Positions 50,509 through 64,000 of a stretch of 64,000 bases of DNA are shown one piece after another. The DNA is from Paraspadella gotoi (lineage: Eukaryota; Animalia; Chaetognatha): positions 1,691,664 to 1,755,663 of the forward strand of contig CM119263.1 in assembly GCA_051294375.1 (NCBI GenBank). The letters are read 5' to 3'. A model generated the notes under the pieces. It saw only the letters and a program-made list of their open reading frames with translations. It had not been told where the DNA came from and did not search any database. The translations under genes were made by a program, and so were the position numbers. How positions within the stretch are numbered: position 1 is the stretch's first letter; every line of letters starts with the position of its first letter.

Positions 50509-53500
50509 CTCTCTCTCATCTTCACCAGGAGATGCCCCGCGATGACTGGATAATTGTCCACCATGAGCGAGCCTTTAGCGTCGGTCCGATGTGCGTGGAG
50601 TTGATGCCAAAGACCATCGTTTAGTCGAGTGTAATTGAAGACGAGTTGAGACTACCCGCTCCGAGATCGAAGCCAAATGGAGGAGTTCGTTGGAGAGGCT
50701 CGTCCGCGGATCCCATCCAGAAGATGAGCCCGTCCGCGGAGGCGGTTTGGAAGCGGATGTAGAAGTTGTTAGAGTTTGTGTTGATCTGAGAGAGAATCTC
50801 GGTGGAGTTGAAGCGAAGCCAACTGCGACCTTTGAAGGACGGGGTGTAGATCTGATCGACGATTTGCTTCTCGCAGTGGGTGCCTGCATTTGGAGGGGGG
50901 CGGTGATATCTTCATATTAACATTAAATAAGANNNNNNNNNNCCGATGTGCGTGGAGTTGATGCCAAAGACCATCGTTTAGTCGAGTGTAATTGAAGACG
51001 AGTTGGACTTCACCGCCTCCGAGATCGAAGCCAAAGTGGAGGAATCCCTCGCGGAGACCCACGTACATGAGGTCTCGATGCTTGGAGGTTCGTTGGAGAG
51101 GCTCGTCCGCGGATCCCATCCAGAAGATGAGCCCGTCCGCGGAGGCGGTTTGGAAGCGGATGTAGAAGTTGTTAGAGTTTGTGTTGATCTGAGAGAGAAT
51201 CTCGGTGGAGTTGAAGCGAAGCCAACTGCGACCTTTGAAGGACGGGGTGTAGATCTGATCGACGATTTGCTTCTCGCAGTGGGTGCCTGCATTTGGAGGG
51301 GGGCGGTGATATCTTCATATTAACATTAAATAAGAATAAAAATAACATGAAGTACTAGGCGAAAAGAAAGTAAATTTAAATAAAAAATCAATAAAAGTAA
51401 TAAATTTATAGATTAATATATTAATACATTTTTTTCCATTCGTGTTGTGCAAAGTCGTTTAGTCAGTTGAAAATTGTCAATAATACATAAACGTCATTTG
51501 CATCGTCAAGCATATCGTTCTCTTCAAGATATATATTTTAAATTTATTTTAAAAAATTTCGAACTTAAAAATACTAATAAAGATCTGACCCCTTCACCTT
51601 GATATCCCTTCTTGCAATCGCACATGTAGTGTTCCAAATGAGGCGCGCATGCCCCGCCATGCCGGCATGGATTCCTAGAGCAGGGATGGCCCTCGCAGTC
51701 GAGGATGTTCTGCCCGGTCTGCGCCTCTCGGGCCAAATCCATCGGAATTCCGTTGATGACGACCTTTTGGATGCAGCCGCCGAAACTCCGGTCGCTTCCT
51801 GCGTATCTGAAGAAGTTGAGAGAAAGGGGGAAATCTGAAGACGAACGGAGGATGGTCGGTCAGTCGTTGGGTTAATTTTAAAAATATAAAACAAGTAAAG
51901 ATCAAAACGTTCAATCCCATAATGAAGTCTAGTGCAAGAAAAAAAAAAAGAAAATTATATAGCAACTGTCGGATTTCTTTTATTTTCTTGCACTGCACTC
52001 CATTATGAGATTGAACGTTTTCATTATAATATCAACTGTGCATGAGTTGACGTTAAAATAATAAAACAATTATGTATAAATAACTAAAGCATAAACTCGT
52101 CACATTAATCATCGCGCTTTCAAAAAAAAACCTCGAGACTCTGGAGTGATCGTCAACGCCTCCGAGGAAGAGCGGCTCGCCGAGATTGAGTTGGGCGAAG
52201 GCGCCGGGCGACGTCCCGTGGATCTCCTCGGCGTCGTCGACTTTGAGGCGCCCCTGACGACCGGCGCGCATCGCTTGGATCATGTGCCACTGACCCAATC
52301 TGATTGGCTCCTTGCTACGGATAACAGCCAATCCCGTGCCGAGGTCGAATCTGTTTTTGTTTTTGAGGAAATATTTCACGAATATACAAAAATAAATAAA
52401 TAAAGATTGATTTTTCATAATATCAGTTTCTAATCCAATCAATTCTTTCGTTAAATTTATTTAAGTTATATTTATTAAAGTTATAGCATCTAATACAATT
52501 GATTCGTTATCAAACAATAAAAAGTCTTCTCACCTCAATTCGATAAAAGATCCGTTAAGAACAATGGAGATGAAATCTCCAATCCTATTTCCTTTGTATC
52601 CGTTGTAGATCAAAAGTCCATCTCCCTTGCTCGGCTTGATGGCCAGTTGCAATTGCACATAGTCGAGCGCGTGGGACCCCAGGCCCTCGTAGCGCAAGAA
52701 GCTCGTCTCTCCGTCGAAAGATGGCGCGGCGAAAGAGGCGGTCCGCTCGCACGCCATCCCGGCGAACCCGACCGGACACACGCATCGAAAAGTGTCCGGG
52801 GAATCGGGTACGCACGTTGCGCCGTTGAAGCAGCGCGCCCTCTGGCAGACGCCGCCGCTGCAGTCGCCGACGTCGATCCCGTGCAACGCCTTTCCTTCCG
52901 GTTCTGACCGGAAGTCGTATTCGACGCCGTCGACGCGTAACGACTTGACGCAGCCGACGAAACCGCGTGCCACGCCCAACTTTCCGGCAACGGCGCGTCC
53001 GTCCGGCACGCCGCCGAGATACAGCGGTCCGTTGACGGTGATGCGTGAGTAGTGACCGCGCGATTTACCATTGACGCTGGGATCTTCGTTGAGCAGCAGC
53101 CAACCGGTAGAGCCGGACCTGTAGATGGTCAGTTCGTTCCAGTCTCTGAGCCTGACCCGGCGCCTGGAACGGATGGCGCCTGGTCCCGTGCCGCAGTCGA
53201 AGCGAAACTCGACGAAGCCATCGAGGAGAACGACGGCGAAGAAGTCGCCTTCGACGTCGGGCCGTTCAGAGTCGAAGACGAGAACCCCGGACGAGGATGC
53301 GGGGCGGAATTGGAGGGAGATCTTAAGGGGATGTCATGGATTAGATCGAAAATGGGTGTTATTTTATAGATTTATAGGATCATATTAAAAATTTATATAA
53401 AAAATTTAATTAAATTGTTATTTAACTGCAGATATATTGTTATAACTATTTTCTAATCCCTTTAGAGCAAACAATCGTATTATAAAGTGTTTTAATTATC

Positions 53501-54565
53501 ACATTTAATTTTTATACTCATAATTAATAATTAATTTTATATTTAAATAAATTACCAAATCCTAAAACTGTTTTTTTAAATTTGAAAATTTTAAGGATAA
53601 AAAAGAGATGGTATTCTTTTAAAAGTTAAATTTTAATCAATCCATCACTCCCCTTAAAATCGACGTAAGCGCTGAACAGTTTAGGAAAAGCGATAAACGA
53701 TTTCCCGCGAAATTGCGGAAACCGTACGTCGCGCTTCTCCTCGCAGTATTTGCCCAAGTAGCCCAACGGGCACACGCATCTGGCTCGGGCTGGGCTGGTC
53801 CCATCCTCCAAGCACTCTCCGCCATTGCCGCATCGCAGCCGCTGACAAAAGGGAGACGGCTTCTTCTCCGAATAGCGTCCGTGCAGAGGATAGATCCTTG
53901 GCAAAGCGGAGGCGGCTTTTGGCGTGCGAGGACGAGCCTTTCGACTCTCGTCCCGCCCGCCCTTTTTCCGGCCGCCTCTGGCCCGACCCTTGGCCCGCTC
54001 CTCCTTCGGCTTCTTGCGGGTCTTCTTCTTGTTCGGAGTCCAACTGCTCGTCGGGGTGGGCGTCGGAGAGACGGTGGCGCCGCCCTTCGACATCGTCGTC
54101 GTCGACGCCGTCGTCGTCGTCGACTCACCCGGACGATCAGTTTGAATCTGGTTGATGACGATGTCCTGCTTCCCGTACCAAGGCTGAAGATCGATCCTGT
54201 TGGCGGGCTCTTCCCGCGAAGGGGTCTTGACGTGGCCGACCCCTTGGGAAGATGGTCTGTGCCATGAAGGACGAACGGACGCGACTTTCGGAACGACGGG
54301 AATGGAAAGGTTTTTCACTTTCGTCGCCAGTTTCGCTTTTTCTTTCGATTTCCCGGATTTAATCATCGTCTTCGTTTTTCCGCCTCCGTATTCTTCGTTT
54401 TCCTCTTTGTGGGCGTGGCTCTGGTCTTTATCGTCGTCGTCGTCGTCGTCGTTTTTATCCATTTCCGATTTGAGATCGAAGGCGGGAATGACGGGCCGAT
54501 CGTTGCGTCGCGGAGTGGCGGCGCCTCTGAAGGAAGAGTTGTACCAGACGGGAACTTGGGCCAGA

Positions 54566-54598
<33 letters not shown>

Positions 54599-55708
54599 TC
54601 GACGTCGTCGTCCGGATACTTGGATCGATACCAAGATGGCCTCACCTTCGATTCATCAAATCCTCCGATTTCATTCAAGACTCTTAATTCTTTTCCGTCT
54701 CCTTTTCTTTGAGGTTTTCCCGCCTTAATCTTGCTGGCGATGACGTTGTTGTTGTTGTTATTGTTGTTGTTGTTGTTATCGATTTCGTTTTCAAAACGAG
54801 GCGAAAACTCTTGTGGAGATTTTCTTCTGTCGTTATAGTAATAATAACGACTCTTAGTCGCTCGGTTTTTTCCAGAAGCCAAGTTATTCACAGAATTCCT
54901 TTGGTTGTCGTTGTTGTTGTTGTCGTTATACCCGTATTCGTCGTTCTCTTCCGAGCCCAACTTTCTCGGCGATGAGTTCGTGTACCACATCTGCTTGAAA
55001 TCGAGCGGCGCTTTAGACCGAGCGCCCCTCGACGGCCCCGATTGGCCGCCCCTTGTCCTCGACTTGCCCCTAAAATAGCGTGCCTTGGCGGGCGAGGCCG
55101 CCACGTACCACTCGGGCACGTCGAGCTTCGGGGGCGAGCCAGAGAGGCTGACCTCGTCGCCGGATGGGCGGAGGTTGGGGTCGAGTGCTGTGTTGGCGGC
55201 TTCGGCGGCGTCGGCGGCGTTGATCTCATCGAAAAGGCGCCCGGCGTCGCGACGAGGAATTTTACGAAGAGATGCGCGATAGGATGGAGCATATTGCGAA
55301 GCTTTTTTTGCGGGGAGCGTAAGAGAGAGTGGATATAAATATATTGAATTGTATTACATACATACAATTTGCAAAATAGTGTTGCATAATGTAAATTTCT
55401 ACGCATAGAGTATTCTAGCCAAAGCGACAAGATTAAATATTCAGAAACGTATAGTTTCATATTTAACGATTATAAATAAGAATTACCTATGGCGTTGTTG
55501 GCGTAGCGATCCCACGGATTGCGCCACGGCCCCTCAGCGGAGTCCCCCGGTTCCGCAGCCGCCTCCCGCCGCCGGATCGCCGACGCCGCAGGAGAATCCG
55601 TCGGGCAGCAGCCGAAATTCCGGCCGACAGGCGCAGTGGAAACCGCCGCCGGGATCGCCGGACCGGGAGACGGACAGAGGGATGCATACCTGATCGCACG
55701 GACTGTAC
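49561..55708 (-). CDS. EGFLAM: Pikachurin / SP2353-like secreted EGF + three laminin G protein; 5' end not located
   Basis: Exons at ~55487-55708 (EGF: CDQVCIP...FHCACRPEFRLLPDGFSC), 53653-55301 (long low-complexity region + EGF), ~52533-53321 (LamG1, EGF, start of LamG2), ~52132-52350, ~51598-51806 (EGF), ~50943-51286 continuing at ~50526-50590 (LamG3), and last exon 49561-49874. The architecture EGF-spacer-EGF-LamG-EGF-LamG-EGF-LamG matches invertebrate pikachurin orthologues. A few frameshifts are probably read errors. Confidence 0.82.
50114..50270 (+). repeat. Dispersed ~155-bp repeat family member (pikachurin-like last intron)
   Basis: High similarity to 16071-16225. Confidence 0.85.
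50584..50931 (-). repeat. Tandem duplicate of LamG3 exon segment 50944-51333 with internal deletions, across a 12-N gap
   Basis: Near-identical sequence on both sides of the gap at 50932-50943. Confidence 0.85.
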
Positions 55709-55891
55709 TTTGTGCAAATCCCACGAAAGGTTCGAAGGGAGAGGAGGAAGGGAGGAAGAGGGAAGAAGAGGAGGAGGAGGAGGAGGAAAGGAGGACGATC
55801 CGTCTTCATCAAGTCGCCATAGACTTCTTTTCTGATGACGAGAGGGAGGCGGGGGAGAGAGAGGAGGGAGGGAGGGAAGGAGAGAGAGAGA

Positions 55892-55984
<93 letters not shown>

Positions 55985-56457
55985 TGAATAAAAATGAGGC
56001 ATTTAAATCAGAGGCAAGTCGTGAAATATTAAACGGGAAATGGGGAGGAGAGGAGCGTGATTGCGGGAAGGAAGAGACGGCAAAGTGGGAGGAATTAATG
56101 AATTAATGGTCGGCGGAGCGGTTGGCGAAATAACTAATGCTTTACCGACGGCAAACGGTTCATCCCGGTTAACGAAATAAACTGCATTCCAGATATAAAT
56201 CTAATTAATGAAATGGATTCGATGGATGGATTTTCTTTTTTTTTTTTTTTGGGCGAAAAATCGAATTTGACAGGAAGGAGGAAATCGCGGGGAAAAAAGG
56301 GAGGAAAGGAGAAAGGAAGGGAGGAAAGAAAAGAAGAAAAGAAATAAAGTGAAAAGGTAAAATGAAATATATACATAAAGAATAAAATAAAGAAATAGTA
56401 AAGAAAATGAGAAAGAAATAAATTTATCAAAAGAAAAAAAAAGAAAGAAAGAAAGAC

Positions 56458-56548
<91 letters not shown>

Positions 56549-56739
56549 AAAACGGAAAAAGAAATTAGTTTTGTTCGTATTAATTTTTTTTCATAATATA
56601 AACAAATAAAGAAGAAAATCCAATTTTTAGACCGGAGGCAACAAAAAAACTTTTCAAAAAAAAGAATAAAATCTGTGATTGAAATAAGTTAATTTTGCTT
56701 TTGAGTTATATTGATGGACGAGCGAAATATACGCAGTTC

Positions 56740-56818
<79 letters not shown>

Positions 56819-58249
56819 CGCTCGGAAAGTTTCGCACGCGAAAATAAGAAACGCGCGCAAAACGGAAATTGGTTGACACGAAGAAGATGAGTGCGAGGAG
56901 GAGGAGCAGGAGAAAGGAGGAGGAAGATAAACGAGGAAGAGGAGAAGAAGGGGGCGGGGAGACGACCAAAAAGGAATGAAAGGAGGAAGAGGAGGAGGAA
57001 AAAGAGGAGGAAACCAAACCGAGAAAGAAGAAAAAAAAAAAGGATGCAAATAAAAGCGGGGGAGGTTATGATAAAGATTATTTGCTGGTCTTGCGTCTGC
57101 GAGGGAATGGACACTTTTGAGGATGGTCGCCATGGCAACTTTCCGCCCCCGTTCGTTGGAGCGACCACTACGCTGGCTCATTTCATATCGCCCCATGAAT
57201 TCCTCAACCACGATTATCACAAGACGATAACCGAAAAAAAACAAACAAGTCAGCATGGAAATTCTCGGCCGTCGGACGGAATGGCATCGAATCCGCCCAC
57301 GCGGATGATTCTTCTAATTCTCTCATTCGCAAGCGACATAAAAACTCGTTGGCACCATGGAATCTTTTTTTCCTTCCACCATGCGGAGTTGTTATGACCC
57401 GCGAATGAAGGATTGAGTCTTCACACCGCTGTGACCAGAGTCGCAAGAGATGAAGGGGTTGGCTGGTGGCTTGGGGTTGGGGTTGGGATTTGGGGGTTGG
57501 GGGTAAGGGGGAGTGGCGACATCTGAAATTTGATTGTGGAGATTAGAAAGGCATTGGAAAAAAAAAAAACAAAAGGCCTTCTTTGACTTTTTGGTTGATT
57601 ATTGTTATTTTTTTCATAACCTTGTCTTCTTTTAAAAGGCTTAAATTTTATGAGTGAGAGGGACAAAAAAGGAACGGATTATCCTCATTTCAATAAGTCA
57701 GACAATTTTTTTATTCTTATTACTGTATAGTAACGTATTTATCTTCGAAATAACAAAATAACTACAGGCAGACAAACTGAGTCATGTAATTTTATTTCAG
57801 TCAAAATTTTTCCGCGCAAAAATATATTAAGATTTTAAATAAGAGTTTAAAAAACACCACATATTTTGAAAACAAAGTAAGCATGAGATCTGTCCCATCG
57901 CTCTATTTAATTTTCTCCTAAACAAACAGAAAAAAGAAAATTATAAATTTCACTCGCGCTGAAAAAAAAAACTTTCTCAAAATCCCCAATTACTTTGGCT
58001 TTTATGAGGGGCATGCTCGTCTGTCTCCGAGTTTCCTTTTTTAAAAAAAGGGAAAAAACAACATAAATTGAAAACTAATAACTTTTAAAACTTCCCCAAG
58101 CTTATTTTTTTCCCTATACTTTGTTTGTTGGAAGTGAAACTAATTTCCCAAACGTCTACATTTTTAAATCCTCGCCCATTTTTAAGAGAGGATAAGGTTG
58201 TAACCCGGGACGAAAAAAAATGGCGGACGGGGAGGGACAAATTGGAAGC

Positions 58250-58506
58250 GGGAAAGAAGACGAGGTAGCGATGGTAAATAGTGAACTAGGAGATGGGAAA
58301 AGGGAAAGAAGACGAGGTAGCGATGGGAAATAGTGAACTAGGAGATGGGAAAAGGGAAAGAAGACGAGGTAGCAATGGGAAATAGTGAAATAGGAGATGG
58401 GAAAAGGGAAAGAAGACGAGGTAGCAATGGGATATAGTGAACTAGATGGGAAAAGGGAAAGAAGACGAGGTAGCGATGGGAAATAGTGAAATAGGAGATG
58501 GGAAAT
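58250..58506. repeat. Minisatellite, ~52-bp unit x5
   Basis: GGGAAAGAAGACGAGGTAGCGATGGGAAATAGTGAACTAGGAGATGGGAAAA repeated in tandem. Confidence 0.9.
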
Positions 58507-60177
58507 TGGAATGAAAGAAAAATAAGATGAATATAAAAATATTATTATTTCCATCACTGAATTAGGATAAGAATATTTTATCTTTTTAGATTGGAAAATG
58601 TATGACTTAAAAATTAAAAAAATTCGTCAGGCAAAGAAAAATCATTGTCGTCTGATCCTGGCACCCTGGATTCCTCGTTCAAAGTGTTCGAAATGGATTA
58701 GTATGCCATATGAGAAATTAAGAAAATAAATTGAATCGATATGTAAAGATTGAATCTCTTTGCAAAAATAATTCATTGTTGAAGACGATGCCGCGAGCAG
58801 GTCACCATCCGTTGTACACAAGGTCCCGAACTTCAGATCAGGCTGTAGTCCGTCATTACAGGTGGGCTCGACGCCCGGGAGTCCTTTGGGTTGGGAGGAG
58901 CTCGCGCTACCTTCGGCGCCTCGGACGAGTAGCGGGGTATGAAATACTAGCGCTACATGATTTAGTTAAAGTTGAACAATTGGTAAAAATACCAAAAAAA
59001 AGAGAAGAAAGAAAAAATAAGCGGTATGGTGGACTAAAATCCAGAACCGTTCAATGTAAGCAGTCCCTGAGCTTCGGGCTGTAACACCGTGTTACAGGCG
59101 GGTTAAGCGCCCCGTCCCTCTTAACTGCTAGGCGACCACCGGGCAGTAATCCCGGTGTCAAAGATGTTTCGGCCCGACTCTCTTTTTCCTACGTTTAATT
59201 GTATGGTCAAATTTAGACTCTTACTTTTTATGGTCAGGTTTCTTGTGGTCAATGAGACACAGCCCCGTTTTTCGAGAGAGAAAATGAAACCACATTTAGT
59301 TTTCGCTTGAACTCTCATCAAATCGTATCGCCCGCTGGAAACTACGTTTTTACAAGTTTCCAAAAGATTATCTTGTTGTAATAAAGTTTCATGTTAAAAA
59401 ACGCTACTTTTTCTTCATATAATTTGGCGAGACTTATGTTAAAACATTTCATAACGGGCGACGATTTCAACGCTCGTCTGCTAGCGTGAGGACCAAAGAA
59501 ATATCTTCACACCCGGACCTTTGCGAATGACTTGCTCCCTGCACCAATTGCCGTTGATGAACGGTTGGTGAATTTTAGTCCACCATAGCGGTTTGTTTTG
59601 AAAATAAATTTTAAAAAAAGAAATTGTGAAAGAATCACTAATAGATGTAGCAGCAGAATTTTTAATTACGGTCCTAAAAACCACGGATTTTTTTTATTCT
59701 TTCTAAATTTTCCTTAATTTTTTTTGCATCTTTTCCTTCCTCCTTTCTCTAGATTTAATCTTTTCTTTCTTTTCATCCTCTTCCCTCTATTTCCCAAGCG
59801 ACTTTTTTTTCCAGAGAGCCCCAGTTATGTTTTTTTATTATGAAATTTAGTATTTGACCTAATTATGTTCTAAAATTTATAACTCAATCTAACTTCTAAA
59901 CCTAACCCATAACTTTTACAAACGCTAATCCCTAACCCTAATCCCTAACCCTAATCCCTAGCCATAATCACAAACCTCGTCCACCAATTTTTATTTTAAT
60001 ATTTTCCTCTCTTTTTTATAACTTTCCTTCCTCTTCTCTTTTTTTTTTCTGTTTTTATCGCCCTTCCGAAATTCCTTACTTCCTTCAATGGATTTCCATT
60101 CAATCCTTCTTCCCATATCCACGAGGCTGAACGATCCAAACTGCGTCCTCCTACTTTGCGGCAGAGGAATGTTGAAA

Positions 60178-60612
60178 GCCTGAGTGGCAAAAGTGGGGGG
60201 AAAATGGTGGAAGACTGAGTGGCAAAAGTGGGGGGAAAATGGTGGAAGACTGAGTGGCAAAAGTGGGGGAAAATGGTGGAGGCCAGAGATGGCAAAAGTG
60301 GCGGGAAAATGGTGGAAGCCTGAGTGGCAAAGGTGGCGGGAAAATGGTGGAAGCCTGAGAGGCAAAAGTGGCGGGAAATTGGTGGAGGCCTGAGTGGCAA
60401 AAGTGGCGGGAAAATGGTGGTCTGAGTGGCAAAGTGGCGGGGAAAATGGTGGAAGCCTGAGTGGCAAAAGAGGCGGGAAATTGGTGAAGGCCTGAGTGGC
60501 AAAAGTGGCGGGAAAATGGCGGAGACCTGAGTGGAAAAAGTGGCGGGGAAAATGGTGTAGGCCTGAGTGGCAAAAGTGGCGGGAAAATGGTGGAGGGCCT
60601 GAATGGCAAAAG
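60178..60612. repeat. Minisatellite, ~35-bp unit x12
   Basis: GCCTGAGTGGCAAAAGTGGCGGGAAAATGGTGGAA repeated in tandem; this explains the repetitive ORFs here. Confidence 0.92.
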
Positions 60613-60724
60613 AGTTAGAAAAATTTCGGGGATGGTGAAAGTGGCAGAAAAACTGGCGACAACAATTACAACAGCAGATGAAGCAACTGAGGCAAAAAGT
60701 TTCCCAAAGACAGTGAGAAAAAGG

Positions 60725-60847
60725 TAGAAGCTATGAATGAAGCGATGAATAAAGCGATGGTGAAAGCGATGAATGAAGCGATGGTGGAAGTGATGAATGA
60801 AACGATGGTAGAAGCGATGAATGAAGCGATGGTGGAAGCGATGGTGG
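60725..60847. repeat. 12-bp tandem repeat GAAGCGATG(AAT/GTG)
   Basis: About ten tandem units. Confidence 0.85.
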
Positions 60848-61590
60848 CTTTAGTTTTGCTAATATCGTTCGATGAAGAGGACAAGGTGGTCGAAAAGGTG
60901 GTAGAAACGATAGTGGCAAAAATCGGGGAACGTCGGTAAGGAAAGTGAACGGGAAGACGACGGCGGCAGCTTGGGTAAGGACTGCTGCAGCAACGGTAGA
61001 GATGGCGGCGGCAGCGGCGGGGGCGGCGGCGAGAAAGGCACATCTCGAGAAATGCGATACGTGACGAAAACCCATGTGAGAACGGGGCGAAGGGGGGAGG
61101 GAGGAAAGGGAAAGGAATGGGAAGAAAGAGAGGAAAGGGAGGAAAGGAAAAGGAGGAAAGGGAAGGGAGGAAAGGGAAGGGAGGAAGAAAAGGGGAGAAA
61201 GGGAAAAGAGGGAAATTGAAGGGAGAAAAGAAAATGGAGGTAAGGAAATGAGGAGAGGGAGGAAAAATGGAGGGAGGGAAGATAAAGATGAAAGAAAGGA
61301 AAAGGAGGAAAGGAAAGGGAGGAAAGGAAAGTGAAGAATAAGAAGAAGATTCAAAATGGGTGTGATGAGGTTCATTATTCGTTATGTCGAGTTGGATAAA
61401 CCCTCGAGGTTGAAAGTTTAGTGACATTAAGAATTAAAAGAATAAGTCTTTTTATTAAAATTGATAGGATTATCAACATCGTCAGTTGTATTGTGAACCC
61501 GTAACTTTGCGATTAGAAAAGTCGGTTATATTTTAACTCATTTTATCTGTGACTATTTGTAGTCGGTAAGAAATGATAGGAAATGGGTAC

Positions 61591-61696
61591 AACCAATATA
61601 AAAATTATCCATTCATTTAATAAGTATGCTATCTTGCCCCTGACTTTGGACAGGCTTTGGTGGTTTAAGGCCTCCATCACTCTTACAAGATAATGT
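61591..61696 (+). repeat. Dispersed repeat family member, 3'-truncated
   Basis: High similarity to the first ~105 bp of 16071-16225 and 50114-50270. Confidence 0.8.
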
Positions 61697-64000
61697 AATG
61701 TATCAAAAAGGAGTTTTCTTTATCAGACCTCATTCCTCACATCACGTGACCAGATCGAGTCTCACCTCTCATTCACGACGCAAATCGGATGCAAATGGCC
61801 TGAGGCCTCCAGCCAAGCGAAATTACCGATCACAGAATTCCGAGAAAAGCGGGAAGGAGGAAAAGGCTGAGCTGTGTTGTGGCTGGACCTACGGTGAACG
61901 TGAAGTGGGTCAGGGTCATTCGGCCCGGAACTGAGTCGAGTGTCGGGGCAGCGCGGGAACGGGAATCTAGGGTTATTGTCCTCAGGGGACAGCTGTGTAT
62001 TTGGTCAACGGTCAACGGTCAATGGTCAATGGTCATTCACTCATTGATTAGGATTGATAAATTTTCTTCGTAATACGTATAATAAGGCGGATCAAAATTT
62101 ATCACTTTTTGTCATATATTTTATTTAAATCATTACGGAATTCCTTGTCTTTCCTCTTTGTTAATCATAACTAATTCATGCACGATATTTAATGATAAGT
62201 AGTGACCACGGTCCGTTCTCCCCCCCCATTTATCAGTGTTGACAGCGATGATAATCCAGAAGTGACAGCGAGAAAATTGGGAGATTTGTCCGGAGAATCC
62301 GAGGATTCAGTTTCGCTCCCACGAGATTTCATCATAAACGATTTTGTTTCGAAGGAAAAATGGAATTTTATTTCATAATTTTCGATATGATGACGATGAT
62401 ATGGATGGTGATAATGATGATGATAACGATGATGGTTATGAAGTTCATGCCGATGATAGTTATTAAGATATTGATTATGATGACAATGATGAACATTATG
62501 ATTTATGATTATGATCCCGACGATGATGTGGCTTCCTCAAAATCGCTGGAAAAAAAAAAAGGTTTCGTGTAGAATTTTTGTTCTTTCGATGATTTTAAAA
62601 GAATTAATCATTTATATGTTTCGAACATCCCAAATATTTCCACGAATATTTTCTCAGCCAAAAACTCAGAGAATCAAATCTGAAAAATATTTTAGGATTT
62701 TTCGGCTCCGAGACAAAAGTTCATCTTTAATTCAGGGAGACCCATAGCTTCGTTGGGCGTCAAGGGCCATTGGGCCGATCGGGTATGAATGCAAGGGATA
62801 CGAGCAGATGGAAGATGGATGCCTGCAATGAAATCAATGGTCGCTGAATGAAAGCGATGGATTAAAACGACACGTGCGACGATGTTGCAAAACAGGATTC
62901 AAACATCATCGAAACATTTCATACAAAAGGTTAATAAACTAAAGAGTTCTCTGAAAGCTATGTATACAAGCAATTTTCATGAATACAAGCTCTGATTGCA
63001 AGGAGAAAGTCGGGATTAAAGCGACGACAGGGATGAATAATCCTTTCCTCGAGTCTAACTCTCGTCGGTTCCATTATTCATTCGAATTTTGGCGCCAGAA
63101 ATGATTCTACCTTCGACGCATAATCTCGAGGCCGAAGTCGCTGGAGTTGATGTTCGGGCTGGTGCTGTTGTTGCTAATGCTGTGACCTCAACTGTTATAG
63201 TTTTTACTGTTGTTATGAAAAATTGCAAAATTACTTGTTTTACTAAATTAGACTTTAAAATTTTATATTAAAATATATTACAATATATAATATATTAAAA
63301 TTTTAAAATAAATGTAAGAATTTAATAAATTTCACTATATATAGAGTATATTTTTTTTATAATGTAATGGGGAGAGGGATGTTTGAATTTATCGGTATCA
63401 TATTTTCGTTTATATAAAGACAACTGATTAATGGAGTTATTATTTAATTATTATTATTTAATCCTACGAAAATAACNNNNNNNNNNTCTATTTACTTGAC
63501 TTGAGTCTTTCTTCTGTCTCTCTGCTTTTTTCTTTCTCATTTTCTATTTTTTTTCTTTTTCTGTCTCGTGTCTGTTTTGCCACATTTTTCAATCCCTTTT
63601 CTTTTTGTCCTTTTCTCGTCTTCCAGTTCCGAGTTTCTCTTTTTATTTCTTTCTTTCTTTCTTTCTTTCTTTCTTTAATTCTCTATTTCATTATTTCTTT
63701 CTCTCTTTAATTCTCTCTTTCATTCTTTCTTTCTTTCTCTCTTTTCTTTCTTTCTCTCTTTCATTCTTTCTTTCTTCTGTCCATCCTTTCATCTTCTTCT
63801 TTTCTCCGTCTCTCTTACTATTTTCATTTTCCTTTTCTTCTTTCTGTTCTGATGTATTTTATCTGTCAAGTCCATCTCTCCATTCGTGATCCGTTTTGAC
63901 TTTTCCCGCTGTTTTCTTTTTTTGTTGTTCAGTCATCCATTGACTTTTTGTTTTGTTATTCAACTTTTTTTTATTCATTTATTCTCTTATTGTTTTCTCC

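Noticed and set aside
55530-55600. Programmed frameshift or readthrough in the first EGF exon of the pikachurin-like gene
   Set aside because: There is no slippery site, and single-base indels are common in this assembly.
59895-59962. True telomere or interstitial telomeric array
   Set aside because: Only a few degenerate CCCTAA/CCCTAAT units.
59991-61427. Long ORFs (150-250 aa) with repetitive translations
   Set aside because: They are open in several frames only because of 35-bp and 12-bp tandem repeats and purine-rich tracts.
61830-62790. Possible + strand exons at ~61835-61893, ~62237-62340 and ~62736-62782
   Set aside because: Splice-like boundaries exist, but I found no consistent phase or recognisable protein.

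Overview
This is draft-quality animal (metazoan) genomic DNA with many N gaps, microsatellites and indel-rich stretches that look like unpolished long reads. It is not prokaryotic, and most ORF-track entries are repeat artefacts. Spliced genes supported by the sequence: (1) a Polycomb Scm/SCML-type gene with SLED and SAM domains (+, ~9.4-16.5 kb); (2) two convergent uncharacterised multi-exon genes (~17.6-22.1 kb), one with an intron-containing tRNA-Ile(TAT) in an intron; (3) an MFSD4-like MFS transporter (-), present as two long copies and one partial inverted copy; (4) a three-exon Aurora B-like kinase nested antisense in an intron of that transporter, in two copies; (5) a pikachurin/SP2353-like EGF-laminin G gene (-, 49.6-55.7 kb). 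Much of 13-49 kb is direct or inverted duplication, probably haplotype or assembly redundancy. The two strongest leads are a ~510-nt highly structured intronic ncRNA candidate with an H/ACA-like 3' end (46.2-46.75 kb) and a polymorphic hAT-like MITE in a coding exon whose TIR/TSD junctions create GT...AG splice sites (introner-like, 24.1-24.8 kb). All calls are by eye; no searches or folding programs were run.
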